From Geopsychrobacteraceae bacterium (GTDB taxonomy: Bacteria > Desulfobacterota > Desulfuromonadia > Desulfuromonadales > Geopsychrobacteraceae): a stretch of 64,000 nucleotides of DNA. A model generated the notes under the pieces. That model saw only the letters and a list, made by a program, of their open reading frames with translations, did not search any database and was not told the DNA's origin. The translations under genes were made by a program, and so were the position numbers. Where the stretch lies: NCBI GenBank assembly GCA_963662315.1, contig OY759353.1, positions 3,744,001 through 3,808,000 of the forward strand, read 5' to 3'. This document shows, in pieces, positions 1-9,618 of this stretch (position 1 is its first letter; each line of letters opens with the position of its first letter).

Positions 1-35
1 ATCGCAGCTTCAAGATTTTGAGATTTCGTATTCAT
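1..35 (-). CDS. 5' end of a gene running off the window (MNTKSQNLEAA...), product unknown
   Basis: ATG at 35-33 on the minus strand with AGGAAAGG (48-41) upstream; frame stays open to the window edge. Confidence 0.45.
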   Translation of the reverse strand, partial: MNTKSQNLEAA

Positions 36-686
36 ACGATCCTTTCCTAGCGAGAGTGACTTGATGTCATTTGTATACACTAGTGACTTTTAATCGTCAA
101 GTGTCTTTCCAATATGGATGTAACTTTTTATGCGATTGATAATTACTGTTAGCTCAAATGAGGGTACTCATGGACGGTGTATATACAGATCAGGCAGGAA
201 TTTTTCACGCGTCTTAATTGAGAAAGCAGAACTCATCTCTAGTCGGCAGGTTTGGCTTCAAGTTTCAACAACGCTATTTAGTTTTCATCCGGAAACGGCC
301 CTTTTCCGCTGTGGCGGTGTCAATCTGCGGGTTTTCTTGTGCGGCGTAAAAGTACTACGCCTCCGCACAACCCCTTGATTTTCTTTCCATAACGAAAAAT
401 TGCTCGTTTCCAATCTGAAAACTTAGCCGTTGCCCTTCGGAGTTTCCGGATGGCAACTATTTAGGGTTCGAGGAACTTTTTCTGCTGCAGGGTTCTTAGC
501 TTACCTCTTCCTCGGCAATTCTAAGACCTCCCGTACTAAAGCCTAAGCCGTCGGTTTGCGACTTATATCTTTATTTGCAGCTTTCACACAAGAGCAACGA
601 CCTCAGCTTACCTTCCAAGGATCTATTAATCATAGACACATTAAGTCTCAACCCTCACTTCTGGCTTCAGTAAAAATATACCCCCC

Positions 687-714
687 TTGACAGCACAAGG
701 TCATCGGCTATCCT
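687..714 (+). promoter_or_regulatory. Putative sigma70 promoter of the helicase gene
   Basis: TTGACA-N16-TATCCT; GGAGG RBS before ATG 746. Confidence 0.4.
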
Positions 715-745
715 TTCATACTATGTCATCAATCGGAGGAGTGTA

Positions 746-2677
746 ATGTCTACAGAGTATCTATATCTCCCTATCAGTGGCACTACCCTTTCAAAAGTTG
801 TTGCGGAGACAACATGTCTTGTCGAATGTGATACGGATACGTTAATCGCTTTGCTCGCTCTGTCTTTATTACCAAATCTGCCTCCAGACACACTCAATCA
901 GCAGATTGAACAGATCTTAAACGATTTGTTCGCCAGTAAAGAGCAGGATGCCGTGGCCCTAAGATCGACACTCCTGAATCAGTTGACGATAAATATGGTG
1001 CTATCTGGAATTGAGCGAATGAAAGCATTTAAACTACGCTTGATTAGCCATGAAGCAGAGGAGAGGAAATTATACACACTTGATGGACTGTGGAACTTTT
1101 CATTTCGCAAAACCTATTCTCAGCTTCTTCGTGCTGCAGACCATTATGGCTTAGATATAGGAGTTACCGATGGACAACTCAAAACTCTGAGCTTCTTCAG
1201 AGCAGGAATGCAGTCTTTTGATGAGAAAATTGAAGGCGAAACAGATCTTGTATACCACATGAGGGACGGCCTCGAAGACCCTCTGCATGTAGAGGCTTAT
1301 GCCGGTAGTGGAAAGACCTTCCTAGTGAACCGAATACCGGAAATTGCCACTTCAATTGGGATAAAGCCAAGCCAAGTCTTGGTGCTGACCAGAACCGTGG
1401 AACAAAGGAACTCTTTACCGTCAAATCTCCTCCAGAGTTGCGCCTGCTATTCATATGGTGGACTGATCTTCACTATGATGCCTGGAGGGCGTAAACTCGA
1501 AAGGAATGCAGCAAACAGGCCGTTCCCTTACCAACAGGTGATTACCCGTTTAGGAATACAGCCACTTGGCGGCTACACTGTACAGGTTCTGTTGGACGCA
1601 GCTATATCAACGCTCGCCAAGTATTGCTATAGTTCTAATGACGAAATTGGCTCAGATGATGTTCCGGTTTGGATTATCGAGAACAAGAAAGGTGCTGATC
1701 AACAGAGCTTTGTCATCAACTATATTCTTGGGATTGCAAGGAATATCTGGAATCTGATACTTCACCCTGTCGCAGACATAGAAATCCCGGTTCGCATCTA
1801 TCATCAAACCAAACTCGTAGCGCTCAGCGGAGAAATCGTTCACCCTCACTATCGATTAATTGTGCTCGATGAGGCTCACCTGCTGGATTCGGTAATGAGC
1901 CAGATTCTTTCTCGATCACCCCAATATATTGTGACCTTCGGTGACCGTTTTCAGAGTGTCTACCGAGAAGCTGCAACACTGGAAGCCAGGCAGGTTCAGA
2001 TGGCCCATAGCTTCCGAAGCCCAGTTGCTTTTGAGCCAGCAATCAACCACATGCTGGACATTCACCGTTACAGCAAGGGTAGGTCGTTTGTTGGAAACCA
2101 GGAACTACCGGCAGATATTCAGTACGCTAAGAATGACCTGATCCCAGTGAAACCGTGTGCTGTTTTTGTATCAGATTTCTGGTCCCTTTGGGCTTGGATG
2201 CACCGCTTTTTTAGGGCAAACCTACCGTTTCAACTGGTTACTCCAGAACATGATATTCGTCAATTTGTGTTAGAATTGTTTGCTTTGCGAAATGGCAACA
2301 CCCGGCCGACTCATAGAACGCTTGTATCATACTGGTCTTATGAGGCTCTGGTGAATGTTTTTTCTGGCAATGAATCCTTCCAGTTTGTTCAGGATGTAAT
2401 CGACGGTGGATATAGCCCTCAGAAGTGGGTTAGTGACTGTAAACGCTACATATCACCATCAGGCAGATATTCGCTTGGACTGACTGCTGATGCTCGGAAT
2501 AGAGAGTTTGATACGATTAAGTTGACTGCTGATGCTGTGGACCTATTATGGCACTCACGCAAAGGCGTTAATTATGACAGCCCATCAGCTCTTTATATTG
2601 CGTTGACTCGTGCGAGATATCAGCTAATCCTCCCGGCGACTATGCGAGAGATAGTAAATCTTGGGCAGAACCTGTAA
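746..2677 (+). CDS. Superfamily 1 (UvrD/Rep-like) helicase/ATPase with an uncharacterised N-terminus
   Basis: Walker A AYAGSGKT, Walker B VLDEAH, motif III GDRFQSVY, IV SFRSP, degenerate V RNREFD, VI LYIALTRAR. Confidence 0.8.
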   Translation: MSTEYLYLPISGTTLSKVVAETTCLVECDTDTLIALLALSLLPNLPPDTLNQQIEQILNDLFASKEQDAVALRSTLLNQLTINMVLSGIERMKAFKLRLISHEAEERKLYTLDGLWNFSFRKTYSQLLRAADHYGLDIGVTDGQLKTLSFFRAGMQSFDEKIEGETDLVYHMRDGLEDPLHVEAYAGSGKTFLVNRIPEIATSIGIKPSQVLVLTRTVEQRNSLPSNLLQSCACYSYGGLIFTMMPGGRKLERNAANRPFPYQQVITRLGIQPLGGYTVQVLLDAAISTLAKYCYSSNDEIGSDDVPVWIIENKKGADQQSFVINYILGIARNIWNLILHPVADIEIPVRIYHQTKLVALSGEIVHPHYRLIVLDEAHLLDSVMSQILSRSPQYIVTFGDRFQSVYREAATLEARQVQMAHSFRSPVAFEPAINHMLDIHRYSKGRSFVGNQELPADIQYAKNDLIPVKPCAVFVSDFWSLWAWMHRFFRANLPFQLVTPEHDIRQFVLELFALRNGNTRPTHRTLVSYWSYEALVNVFSGNESFQFVQDVIDGGYSPQKWVSDCKRYISPSGRYSLGLTADARNREFDTIKLTADAVDLLWHSRKGVNYDSPSALYIALTRARYQLILPATMREIVNLGQNL

Positions 2678-2778
2678 ATAATTTTATGTAAATTGCCCGC
2701 CAGTTAGAATGGTGGCACCCGCTCTTCAGCTTTCGATTGATTGAAGAATTTGAAGAATTCAAGATCCTTAAGGTGGAC

Positions 2779-2798
2779 TGTGAAGTGAAATGTGAAGT
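2779..2798 (+). repeat. Direct repeat TGTGAAGT x2, candidate integrase arm-type sites
   Basis: Copies at 2779-2786 and 2791-2798, about 120 bp inside the att core. Confidence 0.45.
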
Positions 2799-2916
2799 AG
2801 AGAATCCATAAAAAGACGGAATCGTCATAAACAACGATCCCGCCTTCTGGGTGAAATGCTGATAAAACCTAAGTAAACCGACTACAACTTACATTCTTAG
2901 TCCCATCCTGCACGGT

Positions 2917-2961
2917 CTGAAAATCCTCGTGTCGGCAGTTCGATTCTGTCTCTGGGCACCA
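2917..2961 (+). other. 3' half of tRNA-Phe(GAA): att-site duplication, not a functional tRNA
   Basis: CTGAAAATCCTCGTGTCGGCAGTTCGATTCTGTCTCTGGGCACCA has the anticodon loop, T-arm and CCA; the 5' acceptor strand, D-arm and 5' anticodon-stem strand are absent. Confidence 0.9.
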
Positions 2962-2971
2962 TTAAGAAATC

Positions 2972-3004
2972 AAAGGGTTACGTCATTTGGCGTAGCCCTT
3001 TTTT
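2972..3004 (+). terminator. Rho-independent terminator (probably the original tRNA terminator)
   Basis: AAAGGGTTACG...CGTAGCCCTTT hairpin followed by a T run. Confidence 0.8.
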
Positions 3005-3448
3005 CTTTGCCCTGCTATCTCTTTTGCTTTTGGAGCGACGCTAAAAGTGAGCAGGCAACTTAATCCTGCCATAAATCTAATCAATTTTTTGCTGTTTTTT
3101 TACCCGCACAAGACCTTTACACACAATCTGTAATGCTCAAAATATCTAAAGCCATACCTTCACCTCTGAATCAGCTTCATTTTGTGCTAGGGAAAGTACA
3201 TATTTACTAAGCTAACTTGCTACAAGAGCCTCTCATGCCGGGCTAAGGGTGAAGAAGTATGATTAGGCACCGAGATTCACCCCTGCAGATCAAGAGGCGC
3301 GAATCTCGCTATGCAGATGAAATCGTGACGCGGAAAACGGGTTGTCACTAAGGGCTGCGGGAAGAAAAACCGGAACAAGCAGCAGCGCAATGGAGAAAGT
3401 TATGCTATGGTCAAAGCCGTTGTCGTGAACTGCTCGGAGGTCGATTCC

Positions 3449-5515
3449 ATGAAGCCTGTATTGCTTATTATGTTGATATTTATTGGTGCTGTTTTAAGTG
3501 GCTGTGGTGGCAGTGACTCTGATTCTGCCCCTGCGCCCGAAGCCACCACGGTTTTTTCAACGATGGCTGCTCCTGCTTCCGAGCCCGAGGTGCGGGATTG
3601 GCTGAGCAGTCTTTCTGCCAAAGTATCCACTGTCAGCTCAAATATCCTCACCAGTCCAGCTCTGACCTGGGAGAGCAACATTCTGCCATTGTATGACTGT
3701 TTGAAAGAACTGGGTGACGCCGAAGACTATAACGCCCAGCTGATGATACGAAGCCATGATCCGGCTGTGCGCGCGCTGGCAAATGTCGGATATCAGCAGA
3801 TTCCCGATCTTTCGGCCGCTATCAAAGAGGATACAGCCTTAAAGTTAAAAGTGCTTCAAAGCCTCGCCTCCATGATCCCCTCGAACCCAAAGCAGAAAGA
3901 AGCAAAAAGCTATCTGAACAGTTTTTTTGACACGCGATACACCGATGCCGAGTTGCAGGCTATTTCTGCAGCAAATGAGTCCCTGACAGCGGTATCGTTG
4001 CTCTATTACCAGAATGCTGTCACCAAATCAGCCTCTGCTACATTTTCGCCAGCTGAATTTGCCTGTCTGCCCTCCAGTATAAAAAGCCAGATCCCAACAG
4101 ACTCTGACGGTAACTATGTGTTTGACGCCAACAGTTCCTTGTCTTTTACTCTGGCAGAGTCCTGTTTGCCAGAGGCAATAAGAGAGCGGCTCAATGCTGT
4201 GGCTCACTCCAAAGCCGCCTCTGAAAATGCTCCCCTTTGGCCGGTGATTACCGAACGAAGACTCACCTATGCCAAGGCCTTCGGATTTGACAGTTTTGCT
4301 CAGCAGAGACTGTCGGACAACATGTTTCAAACCACAACAGCAGTTCAAGCTTTGTTGGATAATATTGAAACAATTACCCAACCCACATTTGAGCGTCTGA
4401 GGCAGAGATTTGAAACAATTCAAGCCAGTGAACAGGGTTATTTTCCCGCAACATTCCAGCACTGGAACAGAGACAGGTACTACTCTGCGGTTCGTGCTCA
4501 GATTTTAGGCCCGCCGCCTGCAAACCCGAAACTCTTGGTATTTCCGGAAGTCTTTGAGCGCATGCTTTTTCATTTTGGCCGGATTGTGGGGCTGGAATTT
4601 GTCAAATCGAATTCCCCCCAAACCTGGTGGAACAGCAACGTGATCGAGTATCAGGTGTATGACTCAAATACCGGTTTCCCTGCAGGGACATTTCTGCTGG
4701 ACCCTTATCAGATTTCCGGGTTGACGGATTTGGCAAACGCCGGATATTTGAAATCACCAGGGATTCTTGAGTCGGGCCAGATTCAGGTGCCTATTGTGAG
4801 GTTAAATGCCAATCTCGCTGAAAGCCCCAGCGCTGGCATCGCTTTATCGTCTGCTGAATATATTTCATTTGCTCACGAACTGGGCCATGCGATGCATTAT
4901 CTTTTAAAGCCTTCTAATGCGTCCACGGGACCTCTTGAAGATTATATGGAGATTCCCTCCATCACCTTTGAGCGCATTGCCGGAACCCCTTCTTTTTTGA
5001 AAGCTCTTTTGAGCGCGGATCCTCTGTCTCCATTGGCCGCTGTACCGGATGACCTTCTCCACTATCTTCAATACTATGCGCTCAACCCAGTCAGCATAGC
5101 TGAAAATCGACGCTATTATCTGGTTATCAGCTCCGCGGCATTGCATGCCTCTATGTGGACAGGCGGAGTTCAGACAGAGTTGAGTGATCTGTTCAGACAG
5201 GGATATAGTGACTATTATTTTCCCATGTCTGATCTGGCTCAACCCGGGTATTCATATACCCATTTAATCAAGCCGGGAACGGATGTGGCATACTATATGT
5301 ACTTGTTTGCCGAGGTGATTGCTCCAGACATTCTTTCAGTATTTGAAGCTTCTCCGGATTCTGTTTTTGATGAAACTATCGGTCAACGATTTCGCTCCAG
5401 TATTTTGGAGCAAAGTGCCTATAACAGAAACCAGGCTCTTGAGAGCTTTCTGGGGAGGCCCTGGAACTATAATGCCTACAGGGATTGGTTTGAAACTGCA
5501 ACCAGTCAATTGTAG
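3449..5515 (+). CDS. M3 family (oligopeptidase A/thimet-like) zinc metallopeptidase with a lipoprotein signal
   Basis: HELGHAMH (HExxH), DYMEIPS, YYMYLFAEVIA, GQRFR; GGAGG then ATG 3449; lipobox LSGC. Confidence 0.85.
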   Translation: MKPVLLIMLIFIGAVLSGCGGSDSDSAPAPEATTVFSTMAAPASEPEVRDWLSSLSAKVSTVSSNILTSPALTWESNILPLYDCLKELGDAEDYNAQLMIRSHDPAVRALANVGYQQIPDLSAAIKEDTALKLKVLQSLASMIPSNPKQKEAKSYLNSFFDTRYTDAELQAISAANESLTAVSLLYYQNAVTKSASATFSPAEFACLPSSIKSQIPTDSDGNYVFDANSSLSFTLAESCLPEAIRERLNAVAHSKAASENAPLWPVITERRLTYAKAFGFDSFAQQRLSDNMFQTTTAVQALLDNIETITQPTFERLRQRFETIQASEQGYFPATFQHWNRDRYYSAVRAQILGPPPANPKLLVFPEVFERMLFHFGRIVGLEFVKSNSPQTWWNSNVIEYQVYDSNTGFPAGTFLLDPYQISGLTDLANAGYLKSPGILESGQIQVPIVRLNANLAESPSAGIALSSAEYISFAHELGHAMHYLLKPSNASTGPLEDYMEIPSITFERIAGTPSFLKALLSADPLSPLAAVPDDLLHYLQYYALNPVSIAENRRYYLVISSAALHASMWTGGVQTELSDLFRQGYSDYYFPMSDLAQPGYSYTHLIKPGTDVAYYMYLFAEVIAPDILSVFEASPDSVFDETIGQRFRSSILEQSAYNRNQALESFLGRPWNYNAYRDWFETATSQL

Positions 5516-5525
5516 GGAATTTTCT

Positions 5526-6176
5526 ATGACAGCTATGAAATATAATCACTACATATTGTTAAGGGCAATTTTGCTCGTTGCTGGGCTCTTCTTATTGGCC
5601 CTTGGGATCTCTCTTTCGGTAAAGGCTGACCTGGGAGTTTCTCCCATTTCCTGTGTGCCATACATATACAGTCAGGTTATGGCTCTTTCTTTGGGTGAAG
5701 TAACCATTCTCTTCAATGGTTTGTTTATCCTCTTGCAAATGATTGTAATGAAAGGGAAATACGAATATATGCAGCTGTCACAGCTTTTTGTAGTGATTCT
5801 GCTGGGTTATTTTATCGATTTTACACTTTTTCTTATCTCCGGCATTCATCCTGAAGCATATCTCTGGCAGGTCATTGCTTTATTGATCAGTTGCGCCTTG
5901 ATAGCTTTTGGTGTTTTTCTCATTGTAAAGGCAAATTTAATATTCGTACCCGCGGATGGTTTCGTTCTTGTCATGGCCCAGACTTATAAAAGAGAGTTTG
6001 GACAAGTCAAAATCTGTCTTGATAGCTCAATGGTGACAGTGGGAGTGATCAGTTCTATCTTCTTTCTGCACACATTGGCCGGTATAAGAGAAGGAACCCT
6101 GATCTCTGCCCTGATGGTCGGAGTTTTTATTCAAATGTATGGGAAAGCATCACTGGCCATATCCAAATATATTTAA
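5526..6176 (+). CDS. YczE/YyaS/YitT-like membrane protein
   Basis: Hydrophobic repeats, ADLGVSPIS and GIREGTLISA motifs; start moved to the ATG after the peptidase stop. Confidence 0.8.
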   Translation: MTAMKYNHYILLRAILLVAGLFLLALGISLSVKADLGVSPISCVPYIYSQVMALSLGEVTILFNGLFILLQMIVMKGKYEYMQLSQLFVVILLGYFIDFTLFLISGIHPEAYLWQVIALLISCALIAFGVFLIVKANLIFVPADGFVLVMAQTYKREFGQVKICLDSSMVTVGVISSIFFLHTLAGIREGTLISALMVGVFIQMYGKASLAISKYI

Positions 6177-6288
6177 ATGCCGGGAAAATGGTCGCCAGTA
6201 GAATCTCACGCTTTTTACGAGGTCTGCCAACACCTATGAACGCTTCATTTTTATTTGTGCTAATATCCATTGTGGCACATGGGGCCGT

Positions 6289-7116
6289 ATGAAAGAATCA
6301 CTGGTTCAGTATTATATTCCTGAAGCGATAGAGGGCTTAGAGCTATTATCATGCTCTGATGCAAGTTATCATTTCTCGCCACATTTCCATGATTCCTATT
6401 GCATCTGGTTTAACACGCGCAGCGCAGAAGCCTATACCCTCAAAGGCAACTCAGGGCTGTTATCCATTGGAGATATAGGGATTATTGCCCCGGGAGAGGT
6501 TCATTCAAACTGCTCTTTTGATGCAAATGCCCGGCAACTGTTGACCATCTATTTGAATGATTCTTCACTGCGAGCAATGTCTTCCCATATCTTTGGCCAC
6601 TCAGATTCTTCGGTGGAATTTCGCACTGGTTTTTATAGAGACAAAGAAAATTTCACTGAATTGCATTCTTTATGGCATATCCTTCGTCAGTCTAATTCCG
6701 CACTGGAGCGGCAAATATCCCTTTGCACCACTTTTGCTCGTTTGATAAGCCGCTATTCAAAACCGTCATATCAAGTACCGACAGTCGGGCATGAACAAAA
6801 GCGAGTTGCTCAAATTATTGAGCTGTTTCATGAGCGCTTGGCGGATAATATCGGGCTGGACGATTTGGCAAAGCAGATCGATTGCACACCATTCCACCTG
6901 ATTCGCTTCTTTAGAAAGGCAATCGGTTTGACCCCTCACGCCTACCTCATTCAGCTGCGTCTGGAAAAAGCCAAAGATCTCTTGCGGCGTGGGCAAAGTT
7001 TGGTTGACGTATCACTCTCAACTGGGTTTACGGATCAGAGTCACCTGACAAGGCACTTTAAACAGAAATTCGGTGTTACTCCCGGCTACTATCGACATCA
7101 AATCCTGAACAGTTAG
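6289..7116 (+). CDS. AraC family transcriptional regulator
   Basis: N-terminal cupin PHFHDSY; C-terminal double HTH GFTDQSHLTRHFKQKFGVTP. Confidence 0.93.
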   Translation: MKESLVQYYIPEAIEGLELLSCSDASYHFSPHFHDSYCIWFNTRSAEAYTLKGNSGLLSIGDIGIIAPGEVHSNCSFDANARQLLTIYLNDSSLRAMSSHIFGHSDSSVEFRTGFYRDKENFTELHSLWHILRQSNSALERQISLCTTFARLISRYSKPSYQVPTVGHEQKRVAQIIELFHERLADNIGLDDLAKQIDCTPFHLIRFFRKAIGLTPHAYLIQLRLEKAKDLLRRGQSLVDVSLSTGFTDQSHLTRHFKQKFGVTPGYYRHQILNS

Positions 7117-7199
7117 TCCCCTTAGGTCAATTTTGTACAAGATGAAACAATCTTCCCCCTGCTATGACTGCTTATAAATAGTTGTCGTGGGAGGTTGTG

Positions 7200-7295
7200 A
7201 TGTCCTTTTCTTTGCGTCGCCAATTTGCACAATACCTGCAAAATTCTATCATTAGCCGGACACGATTTAATAAGTCAAGACGTCTGAAAGAGTGA
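7200..7295 (+). CDS. Small 31-aa ORF (MSFSLRRQFAQYLQNSIISRTRFNKSRRLKE)
   Basis: GGGAGG RBS; stop overlaps the GTG start of the next gene (GTGA). Confidence 0.35.
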   Translation: MSFSLRRQFAQYLQNSIISRTRFNKSRRLKE

Positions 7296-8209
7296 CAGTA
7301 TCGCTTATGCATAAAGAACATTCTTTTACGGGAATCTGGTACATCCTTGCCGCCGCTTTACTCTGGGGAACAACCGGAACGGCCCAGGCTTTTTCACCAC
7401 ATGGCTTTGATCCCAAGGTGATTGGGGCTCTGCGTCTTCTTATCGGCGGGACGACATTACTTGTTCTTTCGCTATGCAGACGCGAGCTGGGCAAGGCCAT
7501 AGACTGGAACTGGAAGCTCATCTTCTTGTCTGCCGTTTTTACCGCCAGTTATCAGCTGTGCTTTTTTGCTGCCGTTGCCAGGACCGGTGTCGCTGTTGGT
7601 ACGATCATCAGTATCGGCAGCGCTCCTGTTACAGGTGGAATGTTGGGGCGCGTATTTCGCGCAGAACGGTTGAGCATACGTTGGTGCGTAGCGGTTCTGT
7701 TAGCCGTTTGCGGTTGTATCTTTCTCAGCTTGAACAGCGGCGAGGTCAGTTTTGACTTATTTGGTATCCTGTTGGCGGTTGGGGCGGGCGCTTCCTATGC
7801 CATCTATTCTTTGATGATCAAGGGGCTGTTGGAAAAACATTCACCTAATGCGGTAATGGCACTCGTTGTCTGTGGCGGGGCATTAATGCTGTTCCCAATG
7901 CTCATCGATTGTGATGTCAATTGGCTGCTGCAGCCCCGAGCAATCGCTGTGGTTCTTCACCTGGGGATTGCCACAATGGCACTTTCTTACTGGCTGTTTG
8001 CGCGTGGCCTGAAAACCGTGCAACTGTCCACTGCTGTGACGTTATCACTGGCGGAACCAATGACCGCTGCGACCTTAGGAATCATCGTTCTTGGTGAGCA
8101 ACTTAACAGACAAGCTCTGAGCGGCATCAGTCTGATTTTCATAGGTCTGATCGTTTTGATCATACGGTTGCCATTGCGTCCTGAAACCTCGGCAGAGGTT
8201 AAAGGGTAG
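7292..8209 (+). CDS. EamA/DMT family transporter
   Basis: About 10 TM segments, LWGTTGTAQ and TLSLAEP motifs. Confidence 0.9.
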   Translation: MTVSLMHKEHSFTGIWYILAAALLWGTTGTAQAFSPHGFDPKVIGALRLLIGGTTLLVLSLCRRELGKAIDWNWKLIFLSAVFTASYQLCFFAAVARTGVAVGTIISIGSAPVTGGMLGRVFRAERLSIRWCVAVLLAVCGCIFLSLNSGEVSFDLFGILLAVGAGASYAIYSLMIKGLLEKHSPNAVMALVVCGGALMLFPMLIDCDVNWLLQPRAIAVVLHLGIATMALSYWLFARGLKTVQLSTAVTLSLAEPMTAATLGIIVLGEQLNRQALSGISLIFIGLIVLIIRLPLRPETSAEVKG

Positions 8210-8431
8210 AAAGATAATAGAAGAAATAAACATGTAAAACCGTTCATCCCTCTGTTTCTCTTGAAAAATTGTGCAAAGCATCAATCGTTCTGGGGGGGAT
8301 GCAAACGTATAAACGTGAATATCTCAAGAAATATTTGAGTTCTCCTTATTGTTTTCCTAGCATGGAAAGGTGGTATAATTTAAGCCTACCGCGAACGATA
8401 GTCCTTTCAATGTTGAACTGGAGGTCGTGAT

Positions 8432-8767
8432 ATGGCAGAAAAACGGGACCAGCATCGTCATAAAAAACGCTTGCAGACCAGGTTTGGTCGTGAAACCACC
8501 AAAAAAATGGCATTTACTTCGGATTTGTCTACGGGAGGACTGTTTGTTATTACTGGGCAGCCGGAAGCCCCCGGTAGCCGAGTCCTCTTGGAATTAATCC
8601 TTCCTCATCAGGAAACGATTCGGGCCATTGGTCAAGTTCGTTGGGCCAAAAAAGTCCCGGCCAACCTGTTCCACGTGGCCAAAAAAGCCGGAATGGGGAT
8701 CCAGATTAAAAACATTGAAAATGGCCAGGAGGTTTTTCTGGATTATCTTGCCTCACTTAAAGCTTAA
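8432..8767 (+). CDS. Stand-alone PilZ domain (c-di-GMP receptor) protein
   Basis: RxxxR (RDQHR) and DLSTGG motifs, VRW, GMGI. Confidence 0.85.
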   Translation: MAEKRDQHRHKKRLQTRFGRETTKKMAFTSDLSTGGLFVITGQPEAPGSRVLLELILPHQETIRAIGQVRWAKKVPANLFHVAKKAGMGIQIKNIENGQEVFLDYLASLKA

Positions 8768-9618
8768 TGGATAGACGGGCTGGCAAGATTGCCGCTGACC
8801 CTGACTTCAAATTCTCCGTCAGCTTTTTCTTTGGCAGCGAGTTTCAGCAATTCAACCAGACCCGAATCAGCGCTTGCTGTCGGTTTAATGGTCACCCGCA
8901 GACTGACCGTACTGTTTCTGGGCGACGACCCAAGGCGTAGATTTCCACGACCCTCAAGGTTGAAATCGCCATCTTTGGCAGTCAGTTCAGTAATTCTGAA
9001 TGCTTGCCCTTTGCCTTTGGTTTTCAGCTCAATATGGCCAAGTGTGAGCATCGCGTCATCTTTCCCTTCCTCCCGAACACTGACGTTATTCAAGATTAGA
9101 TTCAGCGCGCTTTGGGAGTCTTCCCTAAGTGGGATGAGACTGTCAAAATCCGCCTGTTCGATTTGTCCGGTCAGATTCAGGTTCCAGCCATTGCGAATGG
9201 GTATCTCAATAATCAGTCCTTTGGCGGTGGCAGTGACCTGGCCGTTCTCAAAGACATCGGCAACCAGGGTCCCGGACATAAGCTGGCTGTCAACATGAAA
9301 CCCTCGATTATCAGACAACAGGGAGCCCCATAACGGCGAAATTTTGGCTTTGTCAATGCGTAGCGGCGGAATGTTTTTATCCGGTTGTCCGTCAATCACT
9401 ACATCCTTGGCGGTCAGGTTGACAAAGCCAAAGCTGAAAGATCCTTGACTGATAGCAACCTGGCTCTGTTGTTCGATGCTGTTGATCAGCCGTTGTTCAA
9501 GTATCCCGGTAGGGAAAGAAAGAGCGATTCCAATACAGGCGCCGACAAAAAAGAGAACAACACTGACGATCAGCATTTTCAGCCAGCGCATTTGTAATGA
9601 TAAACTGTTTCTTTTCAT
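8764..9618 (-). CDS. gspN: Type II secretion protein GspN
   Basis: N-terminal anchor, beta-rich body, last gene of the gsp cluster. Confidence 0.75.
   Translation of the reverse strand: MKRNSLSLQMRWLKMLIVSVVLFFVGACIGIALSFPTGILEQRLINSIEQQSQVAISQGSFSFGFVNLTAKDVVIDGQPDKNIPPLRIDKAKISPLWGSLLSDNRGFHVDSQLMSGTLVADVFENGQVTATAKGLIIEIPIRNGWNLNLTGQIEQADFDSLIPLREDSQSALNLILNNVSVREEGKDDAMLTLGHIELKTKGKGQAFRITELTAKDGDFNLEGRGNLRLGSSPRNSTVSLRVTIKPTASADSGLVELLKLAAKEKADGEFEVRVSGNLASPSIH

Larger units (their letters stand above)
1..2961. mobile_element. Right end of a tRNA-Phe-integrated genomic island or prophage
   Basis: Ends at a tRNA-Phe 3' duplicate; cargo-type helicase; candidate arm-type repeats; integrase not in window. 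Confidence 0.7.

Noticed and set aside
130..378. 82-aa ORF
   Set aside because: No RBS or recognisable motif; overlaps hairpin-rich spacer
2886..2961. Intact tRNA-Phe gene
   Set aside because: The 5' half is missing: no D-arm and nothing to pair with the acceptor or anticodon stems
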